A stretch of 64,000 nt of DNA from the human T2T-CHM13v2.0 reference genome, Homo sapiens. Below the pieces are notes generated by a model. The model was not told the DNA's origin, searched no databases, and saw only the letters and a list, made by a program, of their open reading frames with translations. The stretch lies in the NCBI RefSeq assembly GCF_009914755.1, contig NC_060937.1; one strand, given 5' to 3'. Shown one piece after another: positions 1-14,531 of the stretch; positions within the stretch are counted from its first letter, which is position 1, and the number at the start of each line of letters is the position of its first letter. Position numbers and translations under genes: made by a program.

Positions 1-36
1 TATTCAGTGTCCAGACATTTATAAAAATATACTTAC

Positions 37-86
37 TTCTCAGCAGAAACATTGGCTCCAATTGAATATAACAACTTAAGTTGGTC
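37..86 (-). CDS. VWA8: VWA8 coding exon (exon 7 by my numbering), DQLKLLYSIGANVSAE+AA
   Basis: Minus strand tttag|GAC CAA CTT ... GCT GAG AA|gtaagt; 50 nt; continues the exon 453-617 frame; peptide matches recalled VWA8. Confidence 0.93.
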
Positions 87-452
87 CTAAAGTAATACAG
101 AAACATATTAAATTAATTAACAAGAAATGTAACAGATTAAATGCAAATGTTTTGTAGATACAATCCAACCTTTTAATTAAGCAGACACTAAATATTTAAC
201 AGCAAAAAATCATTTATTGATACATTTCATTTTCTAAAAGAAAAGCCAGCCTTTTAAAAAAAATCCTTCAAATAATGCCATAATAATTTTTCTTCCTAGT
301 TTCCAGAGCTTTTCTTTACTCTTTATTCTCATATCTTTCCATGACCTACTCAGGAAGACATTCAAAACTGCAGTAACATTTTTATAGCATTGAAGTTCTT
401 GTTATAAATAGAAAAACTGTTTAACAAATAAATTATCCTTGGTCTTACTTAC

Positions 453-617
453 CTTGAAGGGTAAATAATAAATATCCCTGGCTTGAAATCGAGAACGAAG
501 AGGGGGGTCTAATGGATTCCCAGAATACCTTGGCACTGGCAAGCCCAAGGCAATCACTCGGAAATTTTCACTAACTCGGACAATTTTCCAAGAATCCAAC
601 TCTTTTTTGGTATGATC
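453..617 (-). CDS. VWA8: VWA8 coding exon 6, DHTKKELDSWKIVRVSENFRVIALGLPVPRYSGNPLDPPLRSRFQARDIYYLPFK (AAA_5 sensor-1/Arg-finger region)
   Basis: ttttatag|GAT ... AAG|gtaagt; 165 nt, phase 0-0; overlaps ORF 402..599; LDPPLRSRF resembles the MoxR/midasin L.PALRSRF motif. Confidence 0.96.
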
Positions 618-2532
618 CTATAAAAGTAAGAGATCCGGAAGCTATAGCATAAATGATACAAATCACAACTGTAAGAGCTGCCAAGTCCAGGGACTTAGGA
701 CTTGACTGTTGAGAAAACTGTATTGGAGAACACTCTCAAATCCATACTGTCAAGGAAGGCAGCAAAGTGAAATCAGGTTCAGGATGCCAGGGCAGGCTCA
801 CAACATGAAGACTGGGGTGTTTGAAAGGAAAAGCAGTTAACACACCAAGGAATAAAGGAGACTTGGGTCAGATCTCCAAGCCTTAGTCAGTAACACAGAG
901 GAAAACAGTCAGGGGGTAAGGAAAATACATGACTAGAGGTTGTAACAAAGGTAGTCCCCGACGGGCAGATCACCAGCAAAGCTGTGATTGATTACCAGTG
1001 GACCTTAAATAGATAATTATGTTTATGGTTATTCCTAGCAAAGCATATTACTAGCAATAACTAACATGTTTTGGAAACTTACTATGTGGTAAGCACATTC
1101 CATGGATTTTTCTCATTTAACTTTCACCAGAATCCAATATAGACTATCTCCTTTTTATATGAATGAATGAATCAAAGTTCAAAGGAGTTATATAACTTGC
1201 CCATCGTCCTGCAACTAGCATACAGTGGAGCTTAGAGAATGGAAACAGTATGGGTTTTAGAGTCACAAATCCTGGCTCAACTGCTTGATGTACACTTTTA
1301 CTAAATGTTAGCGTATGCATGGTATTATACCTTTGGAACCTTAGCCTTCTTAGTAGGAAAAATATCACCTACATTATTGTGACTGCTAGGAAAACTAAAT
1401 GTGTAAATGTATGTGCAAACAAGTGGCCCAAAGGAGGCACCTGTTAAATCTCATTTCCTTCCTTCTCTGCCTAACTCTTATCAATGGCTCTTCACATTCT
1501 TCAGCAGCAGGATCTACAGTATTGACTAAATTTGTGTGAATGCACATTTGTACACTCTGAGAGAAACGTCCACGGCTTTCAGCAATTCTTCACAGCCCAA
1601 ATGACAATATAGAAACTCTTAAGATGGCACTTAAGGCCTTTCCTGGCAGAAGCCCTGATTCTCTCAGTCTCAGCAACCAGTACACGCCCGTCCCCTTGAC
1701 CCTCCTTCCGTGACCCTGTGCTCCAATCCATCTCCCAACTGCAGCTCTCCAAACACATGATGCTGCTTCACCAACACTACTCCATCTTCTTGGAACAACA
1801 CCCTTTTCACTCGCACACCGTAAACACAAGGGTCAGTCAAAGCTCAGCACAAAAAACATCTTCATATCTTCATAAAACTCAGATCCCCTTCCCTCATCAG
1901 AACCATTTTTGTACCCTTTTACTTTATCTTATGCAAGCTTCTATCATTATTTATTTGTGCATTTGCTTCTATACATGACTGTCTCATGCTAGCTCCACAC
2001 TCTTGAAAGGACTTATTACCTCTAGTGTATAACAGGACAAATGTCTGTTGACTGATTGCATGAACTAATTTTAAAAATAATAATTATTTCAATCATATTT
2101 TGGTATGAATCAAAATCAGAAATCATACACCTAATTAACACACTGAAACTATGTCATATACACTAGAAAGTGAAAATCTGGATCTAGCCCTGTCTGAGAA
2201 ACCAAAAGTAGAATCTTCAGAGAGCTGACTAAATATTTCTCTTTTTCATTTACTCAAAAATGTTAAATAAAATATAAAGTTCATACAAACTGAACTTTGT
2301 ATCTCTTTCCATAGTAACAGAATTCTACTATAATCACCTTTATGAAACCAATAACATTTTTGAGATATTAAATTTAGAATATCAAAGCTACCTAGAAATA
2401 AATGGGGCTTAAGTTATGGTGTTAGAATCTTTTTACCATAAAAGTTGTCTTAAGATGATAGTGCTTTGTGAAGGGATCTTATCTATATGCTGTGAGGTTC
2501 TCATGAGACAGATTCTATGAACACAGAAATAA

Positions 2533-2947
<415 letters not shown>

Positions 2948-3839
2948 TGACTCGCATATCCTGAATTCCTATCCAAAGTAATATGTTCAATAACTTTGCA
3001 CAGAATTCTACTATAAAGAATATATCAAACTTTTTGTTGTGAAGTAACTCCTATACTTAAAAAAAATGATTCCATATTCTGAGTATTTTTTTTCCAAATT
3101 ATTTACTAAAAATGGTTAACACTAATGTAATCTCTAGTGGCAAGTAGTTATTTTGTAATTAGAAAGCATCTAAAGAGAAAACGTTCTGCATAATAGCCTT
3201 TTAAAAAATAAAGTTAAAAGCTTTCATTTTGATAAATTAACAACATGAATCAATGAATTTAACTTTTTCTACTTGATTAAATCCTTGATTATCTCCTTCT
3301 GATTATATCAGAACAAGATGTTCCATGAATAGATCTAGAGGAAAATGACTGTACTTCACAGTAAAGCATCATCTAGAAACTCCCACAAACAGTAAAGAAA
3401 CAGACTGCTTCTGGCCCTGCCGGCCATGCAGCATCAGTTCAATCAGACCCTCTGGCATTCATTATTTAGGGCCTAGTGTGTTCTGGGCTCATATTAGCAC
3501 CCTGGGAGCAAGATCAAGAAGTATGAGACACAGATCTTGCTCGTGATCAATTTGCAACCAACCTGGGGTAGTAAGATTAGCACATATGTATCTCTACAGA
3601 ACAGGTATGAGACTCTAGGTCCTAGAATGTACAGGCAGAGCAGTCAGTCACAGAAGGCTGGGTTAGCCACAGAGAGATCCAGCATGGTACAGCTTGAGCT
3701 GGATGAACAAGGGCTAAATGTCTTCTTGTCATTTGTGACATTACATGAACCCATCTCCCAAGCCTCTGAAGAGTCCCCACATTCCCTAGTTGTTGCCCTC
3801 TTTATATGCATGTTTCTCACAGCATTTAATCATTCCACG

Positions 3840-4200
3840 GTACTTATTCATTCATTCAACAAATAGTTTTTAAGCACCTACCATGTGCCAGCCATTGATC
3901 TAGGAACTTGAGATAATACCAGTTACAAAAATCCCTGCCCTTGTGAAACTTATATTCTAGTAGAGGGAAGCAGACAACAAAGGGCACTGTATTGCATTGT
4001 AAAAACTTTTGAATTTTACTCTGAGTGGAACAAGAAGCTATCAGGGTTAGAGCATAGGAATGCCCCCAAATGGATGCACTGTTAAGGCGATCACTGACTG
4101 CTGTGTTGAGACCAGTGTCAGGAAGGAAGGATGGAAGCAGGGAGTGCAGTTAGGAGGTTCCTACAGCAACCTCGGCATGTGATGCTGGTGGCTTGGGTCA
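3840..4200 (+). mobile_element. Old L2 LINE fragment (approximate bounds)
   Basis: attcattcattcaacaaata...agcacctaccatgtgccag is a typical L2 3'-end signature; strand and bounds approximate. Confidence 0.5.
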
Positions 4201-4675
4201 TCAGAACAGGATATCCTTTAAATATTTTATTCATTTCTGTCAATACCTACTGGACCTTTAGCTTCCTGAAGCTAAAAACTGGACTTTCTTCAGCTTTGTA
4301 TCCCTGGTGACCAGCACTATCTAGAAGTCATTAGCCTTTTATTAAATAGTTGTTAAGAGAAAGAAAGGGGGGAAAAAAGGAGATGGGAAAAGAGGAAGAA
4401 AGAGAAGAAGAAAAAATAGGAAAAAAAATGGAAAAGAGAATAGTTATTAGACTGACCAAAAAAAAAAAAGACAGTAAAAATCTGGGAGGTGTTTTGACAA
4501 AGTCTAAAACAGAAGAGTGTTGTAAAGCTGTAAATTCATGACTCTAGCAATTTACCCAAGATAAGGGCCATCTGAACATCTGTCCTGATTCCAACAGAGC
4601 CATGTCTTACACAATAAAATGGCACTGCCCATAGCTTGACAGCAAAGACAAAGCAACAGGATTTTCTTTTCTTAC

Positions 4676-4843
4676 TCGGAGAAGTTTGTCGTAACGCTCA
4701 GCAGACATCAGGAAGCGTCCATCTTCAAGCTGCATCTCTCTGTTTTCCAGCAAGTTGTTCAAAACAGGCAAAACATTCCTCTCTGCCTTTTCCAAACCTT
4801 CCAAAATGAGAGTTCTGCCTTCTGTGGCTGCACGAACTGCACA
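4676..4843 (-). CDS. VWA8: VWA8 coding exon 5, CAVRAATEGRTLILEGLEKAERNVLPVLNNLLENREMQLEDGRFLMSAERYDKLLR (Walker B region)
   Basis: aaatag|TGT ... CGA|gtaaga; 168 nt, phase 0-0; overlaps ORF 4607..4804. Confidence 0.96.
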
Positions 4844-6859
4844 CTATTTCCAAGAAACGTAAAAGCAAAATGAGAATACTGAAGTTGCAGAGCTTGGCCT
4901 AACATTACTTGTAATTCAAATTTAAGTTGCAGTTCTTGTTATAGGGACCAGAAATCAATAAAGCTGAGTTCCAGATCTTGTTTTGCTTTTTCTGCCTATA
5001 TGATCTTAGGAAAGTGATTTTACCTCTTTGGGCCTGTTTATTCGTTTGTAAAATAAAGGGATTGAAAAAAGAGGATCGCTGAAGTTCCTTTCAGCCTTGA
5101 TATTTTAGATTATATACCCAATGAAATAAAAAACTAACAGCTATCTATGAACAAGGAACATAATTAAACAAGGGCACAGATTCCACAACTGGAAAAGAAA
5201 AATGAAGACAGTTATCTGCCCTACCTATCCCACAAGCTTCTTGTAAGGATCAAAAAAGCTAGGTGAGAAGGCTTGGAGACTGTAACATTTGTAAACATAA
5301 GTCATCATCCAAATAAATTGAGGTTTTGTGTGATGATGCTGACAACATTACACACTTAGAAACAGAAAAAGAATCAGATTTTACATTGGCCAATAGCAGA
5401 CTGACTTAACCAGTACTACAAGTCTTCCAATAAATTTTAAGAAAATTAGTAATGGAGAAAATTAGGAAATAAAGTAAACTGTAATACAAAAAAATTACTA
5501 TAGATATGAAAAAAATATTTTCCTTTAACTATAGGTCCTTAATAACATAGAAAACTACTTTTTGTCAAAATCCTTCATGTTCTGCTAAAAAAGGAAAACC
5601 TGTCATGTTTCTTCTGCACATTCAACCACAGACAGAGGATTAATGGTGCTAAATTTATACTGTTATTCCCTCCCTTAAAACTCGCCTTCATTAGTCTCCA
5701 TGGCACTGCATTGTCCTAGGAAAATTGTTTTGTCTTCTGTGCCTGTCCATTAAATGTAGATGATGGCCAGAATTACATCCTTAACACACAGCTCTTCTTA
5801 CCCTACTAGGACCTCCCTGAAAATCTTATTCAATCACATAGTTCCAACTACCACCTTTATGCTAATGACCCCCCAGAATCTTGGGGTTCTGAAACTCCCC
5901 CTCATTAGTACCTCATATGGGGTCCCTCAGACCCCATGAGCACCTCAGGTCCCTTGTACAAAACTGAAAATATCCTATTTTCTCCAAACCTGCTTCTCTT
6001 CTTTATTTTCTATCTGGGGTGTGAGCACCATTGACCCAGGTCAGAGCCCTTGATGTTTCTTGAACTCATCCCTTTCTACCCCTTCCCTAGTTCAAGCTCT
6101 CCTTACCTCTCAGATCACCTCCCAATAGTCCAAGCTCCTTAATTTGGCATATTAGCCTATCACAATGCAGCATCTACCTACCTCTCCAACACCATCTCCT
6201 GATATTAGTTGCCTCACATGTGGTATTTCTGTGACAATAAACTGGTTATCTCCTTCTACACATGTACATACCATACTGCTTTACCAGAAAAATGTCTTTA
6301 CTTATACTGACCCCTCACTTAAAATTTAATTTTCCCTATAGTAATTGTCCAAAAAAAGGATCTAAATGTTTGATGAGGGGAAAACATATCTCTATTTTTT
6401 TAAGACTTAATATCCAAATAAATTTCTGGAGTAGCAATGTACTGATTTTCCAAGTGTAGAAAAGAGGCATTGCTTAATCAAGCTTGCATACTATCCTCTT
6501 TTAATACACTGTTGAATTTTGCACTGTATAGTAGAGCTTAGTTTATTTCAAGTGTCTACATAATGTTGTAAAATGATAAACTTTATGAAAGCCATATTAG
6601 ACTCAAGAGAATCATCCATTTTAAGATCATTTCATGAATAATCCCTCAAATATATCATTACTGCAATATTTTAATTCTCTTCTACCAGAGTAGCCATCTT
6701 GTTCTAGAAGCTTTATTTAAAAAAAAAAAAAAAAGCATGGGTAGAAGTGACTTAGTAGTTTCTAAAGAACAACAACAAAAAAAAGAATCTCATTTTTGCT
6801 AGCTGTATAAAGGACAAAGTCGTAGAAATAGATTCTGGGATATTAAAAGTCAAAATATT

Positions 6860-7144
<285 letters not shown>

Positions 7145-10100
7145 TTATAAAAATTCACATTTCAGTTAAGGTTTCAATTAAGCTTTTGCTCGCAAAAATA
7201 TATTTACTTCAAGAAAGCACAGCTCAGAACAAAAAAGAAATTAATTGTTATCATAATCTAGGGTAATATTATTTTAAGAAATCTAAAACTTTTAGCAATC
7301 TTTCTTATACGACAGACTAAATATTGCATTTGACTTTTTAAAAACTCCATAGGGATGAAAACCCACATTCTTTGAGATAAAACTAGAAATATACAGATCA
7401 AAATGTAATGGTTCACCATCTATGGGCCACAAAAAGCAAAGTCTTGACAACATAGGACAACAACAAACACTGCAGCTCCACTTTCATTCACCTCAGGTGT
7501 ACTGTGGTCTGCTATGCATTGAATCTCTTCAAAGGAATTCAGAACAAGCTATGCAGAGAGATCAAAAACAGAAGCTAAATACACAAGGTTTTTTTTCCAT
7601 CTACTCTAATGGCAGTACTGTGACCACAAAGTTGAAAAAGTAGGGATAGATGGAAAAAGGATAACACAATTTAATGATCTCTTGAAAATCTGGTCAATGC
7701 TGCAACTTTTCTCCACAGTCAAATGCATGCAGGTATATGTATAGAGCAGAGACCTCAATTTAAGAATCTCTACTACTAACGAATGATAGAAATAGAAAAT
7801 GATCAATTTCGCAAACACCACAGTAGTAACTGCTGCAGTCAAGAATCCAAAATGGATGGTAAAATTAGTGGCTAAGTATATTATGAGAAACAGGTATTTG
7901 TATATACTCAAATATCTCCTCACAAAATATTTTAAAATGACAAAGTGAAAAATAATACAACACTGGAGAAACCTAGCAGATACCACCTTAATTAACCAAG
8001 TGATCAAAGTCAATGTGACCAGTAATGAGCTATATCAATCTCACATACCAGACTTCTAATATGATACCCTGAGATGGGCACAACATCACTTTTATATTAT
8101 TCTTGCTAAAAATGCATCATTTCAATCAAATCATAAGGAAACATCAGACAAATCTAAATTGAGCAACATTTTGCAAAATAATTGGCCATGAGGAGGAAAA
8201 AGGAGATGGCTGCTGCAGGGACTTGGTTGGGGACCGTGTGGGAGATAACAGTCTTTTTTTTTAATGATTCAAAAACTTGAGCATGTTTAAATGATGAAGA
8301 GGAGCTAGTAGAGGAATACAGAAAAGAGAACGTATAATTATTGAAATAAAACTAAAAGAGTTGCTACTAGATGTTGGAGATAGTTTGGTCTGTTTACTGA
8401 GTGGGAACATGGTAGGGCCTACAAGTTTATAACTGATACATATCAGGCGCTTCCAAGTATACTATTTAATTTAACCCTATGACAGTCCTCTGAGGTACAC
8501 AATATTTTACCCAATTTACTGGAAGAGAGGTTATATAATTTGAAAATTGCATGGCTAAAATTTTAGCCTGTCCTTAAATTGAAAGAAAACGAGTAGAGTA
8601 AGAACTAAAAAAAGTCATTAAATAATCACATCTAGAGGTTACTAGTAATCTCAGAGAGTCTGGTTTTACTAGGCATAGGAATTTGCTGTGTTACCTATGC
8701 AGAGAAACGAAACCAAACACACACAAAACATCTCTACACACACAAAATACTCAGTTCAACATAGAGCATACATGGTCATACAGCAGTGCAATCTGCCTCA
8801 AAGTCTTCTACAGATAACTACAATTACATTTCCCCAAATCAACATTGTTTTTCAAATCATCATCAACTCAGCAATGAAACTAACCACCTGCCTAAAAATA
8901 TCTGAAAAGAGAGGTAGTTAACAGAAAAGGCTCATTAGTCTTTTAAATCAACCTAACCCACTAATTGTGCTATTATCCTCATGTGACTTAATTAAGAACT
9001 GTGATACGTCCTGTTTGCTAAATTGTTTTCAAGATATAACAAACTTCAGTTTAAGCCTCTTTTCATTTGTTTTACTTGCAAATTTTCTTTTTTTTTTTTT
9101 TTTTTAGTTTTTCTTACAAAAACATTTACCAAAGCTCTTTCTTTCTCCCAAAAAATCTTAATGTAAAAAAAACCAATTAGGCAAAGATCCAGTTTCTGAC
9201 AGTGGCTTCTAAATGTCTCTAACTTTCCTTTAATAATCCATTAGACAAATTGCCAGGAAAATTCTGTAAAAGAAGAGCAATTAGGAGTGAGTTTAATTTA
9301 GGAATACAAAGAACCATGACTAGATAGGCAAATCAATAAAACAGAATTTAAGAAGGTATGCTAGTCTCTCTAGAAATGTAATGTATGAACAAGAAACTCT
9401 TGTAAATGAAAGAGGTTAGAGAGATTTGATATAACTCTCTCGCACTGTTGGAAAAAAATTTTTTTTGCTATTATTACATGTATTACCTTTCCTATGTAAG
9501 GAAACTAGTTAATAAAAATGATTAAACATTTTAAAATATAAGAAAAGTACACTTCAAATTAGTAGAAATTAGGAATTTGGAAAAGAAATCCAAATGAATT
9601 TAAAAATTTAATGATACAAGTAAAATCATGTAATTACTGGATAATCATATGTGACTTTTTGAAAATAATCTTGAATTGGGAAAAATCCAATAACTCAAAG
9701 GCAGATACCATTAAGAAAAAGATTAATAGATATGACTACATTCAAATTGGTCTATACAGCAAAAAATATCTCAAACTAAAAGACTGAAAACTTGGAAGAT
9801 GTTTGTAACATATACAATAAAGACCACATAAATATCTTTAGTATAAATTGAATTTTTATAGATTATTAAGAAAATTAACAATACCCCTATAAAATGCAAA
9901 TTAGCACCACAAAAATATATATTCAACTTCACTGGTTATTAGAGAGCTAAAGGTAAAACATGATATTTTTAGACTTTCAAATTGGCAAGGATTAAAAAAG
10001 AATGATAATATCCAGTGTCAGTAAGATTAAGATGAAACCAAAACTCTCATTCATGGTTGGTCAGAGTGCAAAATGATAAGCTTATGGAGAGTAACTTAGA

Positions 10101-10439
10101 AAGATATATAAAAATGTAAATGGCTATGTTATTAACCCAGAAATTCTACTTCAATAAATTTATCTAAAGGAAATGATAAGTGTACAATGATGTGTATTAT
10201 CCAGTCATCAAAACACTGTTTTATAATTACAAATGAACCCAAAAACCGTAAATGCCAATCTGTGAAGGATTGGCAAAAAATTGTGGTAATTCAATATGAT
10301 GGACTTCTACACAGATATTAAAAATAATGATATAGCTCCATCTTTACCTGTGAAAAGGCCCACAATATGTTGTTTACTCAAAAAGCTATAACTCCCTTTC
10401 CAGGACTAAGCGAATAAGGAAAGAGAATAAGAGGACAAA

Positions 10440-10795
10440 TATTGAGAACATACAAGGAACTCAAATCAATTGCAAAAAAAAAAGATAAGATTTAAAAATG
10501 GGTAAAGGATCTGAACAGACATTTCTCAAAAGAAGACGTACAGATGGCCAGTAAGGAAATGCCCAACATCACTAATCACCAGAGAAATGCAATGAAAACC
10601 ACAATGAGACCTCTCACTCCAGTTAGAATGGCCACTGTGAAAAAGAGAAAAAAGTAATGGATGTTGATGAGGATGTGGAGAAAAGAGAAGTTTTACACAC
10701 TGTTGATGGAAATGTAAATTAGTACAGCCATTATAAAAAACAATATGGAGGTTCTTCAAAAGTTTAAAAGAGGAGCTATCATCTGATCCAGCAAT
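10440..10795 (+). mobile_element. Old L1M ORF2/3' fragment
   Basis: ggatctgaacagacatttctcaaaagaagac...aaccacaatgagac...gtacagccattat match the L1 ORF2 C-terminal region. Confidence 0.75.
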
Positions 10796-10824
10796 ATATG
10801 GACTGAATAGATGTATTAAAGTAT

Positions 10825-12399
10825 TGTGTCCGAAATTGGTAGGTTCTTGGTCTCACTGACTTCAAGAATGAAGCCGCAGACCCTCGCGGTGTGTGTTACA
10901 GCTCTTAAGGCTGCGCGTCTGGAGTTGTTTGTTCCTCCCGGTGGGCTCGTGGTCTCGCTGGCTTCAGGAGTGAAGCTGCAGACCTTCGCTGTGAGTGTTA
11001 CAGCTCATAAAAGCAGTGTGGACCCAAATAGTGGGCAGTAGCAAGATTTATTGCAAAGAGCGAAAAAACAAAGCTTCCACACTGTGGAAGGGGACCCGAG
11101 CGGGTTGCCACTGCTGGCTCCGGCAGCCTGCTTTTATTCTGCTAGCTGGCCCCCACCCACATCCTGCTGATTGGTAGAGCCGAGTGGTCTGTTTTGACAG
11201 GGCGCTGACTGGTGCGTTTACAATCCCTGAGCTAGACACAAAGGTTCTCCACATCCCCACCAGATTAGCTAGATACAGTGTTGACACAAAGGTTCTCCAA
11301 GGCCCCACCAGAATAGCTAGATACAGAGTGTCGATTGGTGCATTCACAAACCCTGAGCTAGACACAGGGTGCTGATTGGTGTGTTTACAAACCTTGAGGT
11401 AGATACTGAGTGCCGATTGGTGTATTTACAATCCCTGAGCTAGACATAAAGGTTCTCCAAGGCCCCACCAGAGCAGGTAGATACAGAGTGTCGATTGGTG
11501 CACTCACAAACCCTGAGCTAGACACAGGGTGCTGATTGGTGTGTTTACAAACCTTGAGCTAGATACAGAGTGCCAATTGGTGTATTTACAATCCCTGAGC
11601 TAGACACAGGGTGCTCCAAGGCCCCACCAGAGCAGCTAGATACAGAGTGTCGATTGGTGCACTCACAAACCCTGAGCTAGACACCCGGTGCTGATTGGTG
11701 TGTTTACAATCCCTGAGCTAGACATAAAGACTCTCCACATCCCCACCAGACTCAGGAGCCCAGCTGGCTTCACCCAGTGGATCCCGCACCAGGGCTGCAG
11801 GTGGAGCTGCCTGCCAGTCCTGCGCCATGCGCTGGCACTCCTCAGCCCTTGGGTGGTCGATGGGACTGGGCGCCGTGGAGCAGGGGGCGGCATTCGTCCG
11901 GGAGGCTCGGGCTGCACAGGAACCCACGGAGGCGGGGGAAGGCTCAGGCATGGCGGGCTGCAGTCCCGAGGCCTGCCCCGCGGGAAGGCAGCTAAGGCCC
12001 GGCGAGAAATCGAGCGCAGCGCCGGTGGGCTGGCACTGCTGGGGGACCCAGTACACCCTCCACAGCCGCTGGCCCGGGTGCTAAGTCCCTCATTGCCCGG
12101 GGCCTGCAGGGCCGGCCGGCTGCTCCGAGTGTGGGGCCCGCCAAGCCCACGCCCACCCGGAACTCCAGCTGGCCCGCAAGCGCCGCGCGCAGCCCCGATT
12201 CCCGCTCGCGCCTCTTCCTCCACACCTCCCTGCAAGCTGAGGGAGCCGGCTCTGGCCTTGGCCAGCCCAGAAAGGGGCTCCCACAGTGCAGCGGTGGGCT
12301 GAAGGACTCCTCAAGTGCCGCCAAAGTGGGAGCCCAGGCAGAGGAGGTGCCGAGAGCAAGCGAGGGCTCTGAGGACTGCCAGCACCCTGTCACCTCTCA
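10825..12399 (-). mobile_element. Solo LTR12C (ERV9/HERV9 LTR), full length, sense to VWA8
   Basis: Minus strand begins TGAGAGGTGACAG and ends GGACACA; 1575 bp; 4-bp TSD GTAT at 10821-10824 and 12400-12403; CpG-rich U3; tandem ~41-bp CCAAT-containing repeats. Confidence 0.96.
11040..11720 (-). promoter_or_regulatory. LTR12C enhancer repeats (NF-Y CCAAT boxes), AATAAA TATA-equivalent and poly(A) signal
   Basis: About nine attgg (CCAAT on minus) motifs in 11170-11700; tttatt at 11133-11138 and 11047-11052; roles assigned from known ERV9 LTR organisation. Confidence 0.75.
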
Positions 12400-14363
12400 G
12401 TATCACTCTATATCCTGTGAAAATGGACTATTGTCAACTAAAAAGGAAAATTAATAAATGAAAAATCTTCCCAACCTTTTTTCTGATTAATTCAATATAA
12501 ATTATTTATTAATTTTACACACTATCTAAATGGCAACAAGAATGGATGTTTTATAGTGCAACTGAATCCAGAGGCAAGAATATTATAAGGGGATTGCAAA
12601 TGTGTAAGGCTGGTATAATTTTTAGAAAACAAAAGACAAAAATGAATCGCCCAAGATTTTAAAATTTTCTCCCTATTTGCCCTTTGGTTACACAGTTGTA
12701 GACCCAGAACATATGAAAACTAAACTTTAAAAATATAAATAAGAATACTAGCCAAAAGGAGAAAATCTTGAGAAGATGCTCTTTGGAAACAAAATCTGAA
12801 ACGCTCAATTTTCAGAACTAATACTAGTTAGTTACTATTTCAGGATCACTTTGCTTCCTGGTTCTTCCTTAAAATAGCCTATAAAATCATTAAAATACTT
12901 AATCAGTACTATCAAAAAGTACTATCAAACTTTATAAATATGACTACATTTGTAAAGAATAAATTTTAAAAATAAGCAACTGAATAGAACAAATGGCAAG
13001 TCCATTAAGTAATATAGCAACAACGTACTGTGCCATACCATATATCTCAGACTCAACTGGAGAGAAAAAAGTAAATGTTACAAGTTTTCTGCCCAATAGA
13101 GGCCCAAGCATCTTAACCTCCTTACATCAATACCCACTTTGCCTCATTTGCATAGCATGTAAGTGTGGGGGTACAATCTCGAAGTATTCTTGTTCTTTCA
13201 TACCTACGTTTCATCTCCCCAGTGGATTCTTAGCTCTACGAAGGATGAGAACCCTGTCTTTTATGGCATACTGGTACAAAACTGGCTCACAGCAGGCTAT
13301 TAGCATTTATGGAATAAACATGCAACCACTCAGTTAAAAGATGCTGTTATGTAAGGTTAGGAAGAATTTTTGTAGGAAGGATGATAGTTATCTATGCCTA
13401 CACTTGTTATGAAAACAGAATAGAACAAGTTTATCAGCATGAGAGATTTAGGCTAGATAGTTGGAAGATTTTTCTATACAGGTTGTAACATAAAATAATT
13501 GTAGTATAATTTTTTTGAAATCTTTCTTAAAAAGGAGCAATATATGTATTTTTTTAATGTGGAATGACTAGTTGTAATCATTCCTCAAAGTAGAAATTAG
13601 ACCATCTATAAGGAGCTCTTCTTGTCCTTCAAGCTACAGAACTTCCAGAGACCTAATTTTCTCAAATAGAATTCAGAAAAAAATGCAGCAGGATCCTTCT
13701 GGCCCAGCCATCTCCTATCACAGCTTTAACCACTCAACACATGGACATGAAAGATTTCAAGATAAAAGTAGGTGTGTGACCTAAAATCAAAAAGTATCTA
13801 AGTCCCTGTTCTAGATTTGCTTCTGATTTGATATAAGACCTTAGGCAAACAATTAATCTGGATGTCTTTGTCCTCATTTACAAAATTAGAATATCCTCAA
13901 GGGGTATTATACAGTGTAACAGTTTAAGAGTCAAAGCAGTACTGCAAAAAAAAATTTAAAGTAACTGAACCTACTAAAATATAAACTATTATTAATGTAG
14001 TCATTATTTAATAAAAATAGAGTCCATAAAGCTTCAAATTTACTCAAAATAGCTACGGTGTAAAAGTACTGAGGAAGCTAAAGAAAAATTTTTTAAATTA
14101 CATTTCAAGTTCTTCATTTTAACACATCAGAATAGAATCGGATTGATTTTTGGTTGCTCTACCATTTACTTATTATAGGTGACTTAGATTACTCACTGAG
14201 CCTCCATTTCTCTCTAAAACTAGGCTCATTTTGGTGCTTATCTCATAGACTGTGTTGCAGATTAAATCAGATAACTTTGGGCACACAGTAAACCTTAAAA
14301 AACAATTAGTTGCTGTTACTGTTATGAATACAATCATCATTGTCACTGTCATCATGATCATCA

Positions 14364-14531
14364 TTTTTTTTTTTTTTTTTTTTTACAAGCAGAGTCTCAC
14401 TTTGTTACCCAGGCTGGATTGCAATGACTCAATCATAGCTCACTGTAACCTTGAACTCCTGGCCTCAAGTGATCCACCCACCTGGCCTCCTCAAGGGTTG
14501 GAATTACAGGCATGAGCCACTGCACTCAGCT
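14364..14531 (-). mobile_element. Alu monomer (FRAM-like, or left/right-arm recombinant AluJ)
   Basis: Single ~145-bp arm plus poly(T); left-arm-like 5' end joined to right-arm-like 3' end. Confidence 0.8.

Noticed and set aside
4350-4541. Lys/Glu-rich ORF
   Set aside because: Translation of a GA-rich low-complexity tract
11160-11720. Regularly spaced ~41-bp repeats resembling a CRISPR array
   Set aside because: They are the LTR12 U3 enhancer tandem repeats; there are no unique spacers or cas genes and the context is eukaryotic
11663-12454. Stack of overlapping 70-204 aa ORFs on both strands and an apparent CpG island
   Set aside because: Stop-poor GC-rich LTR12C U3 sequence; no recognisable protein and not the VWA8 promoter
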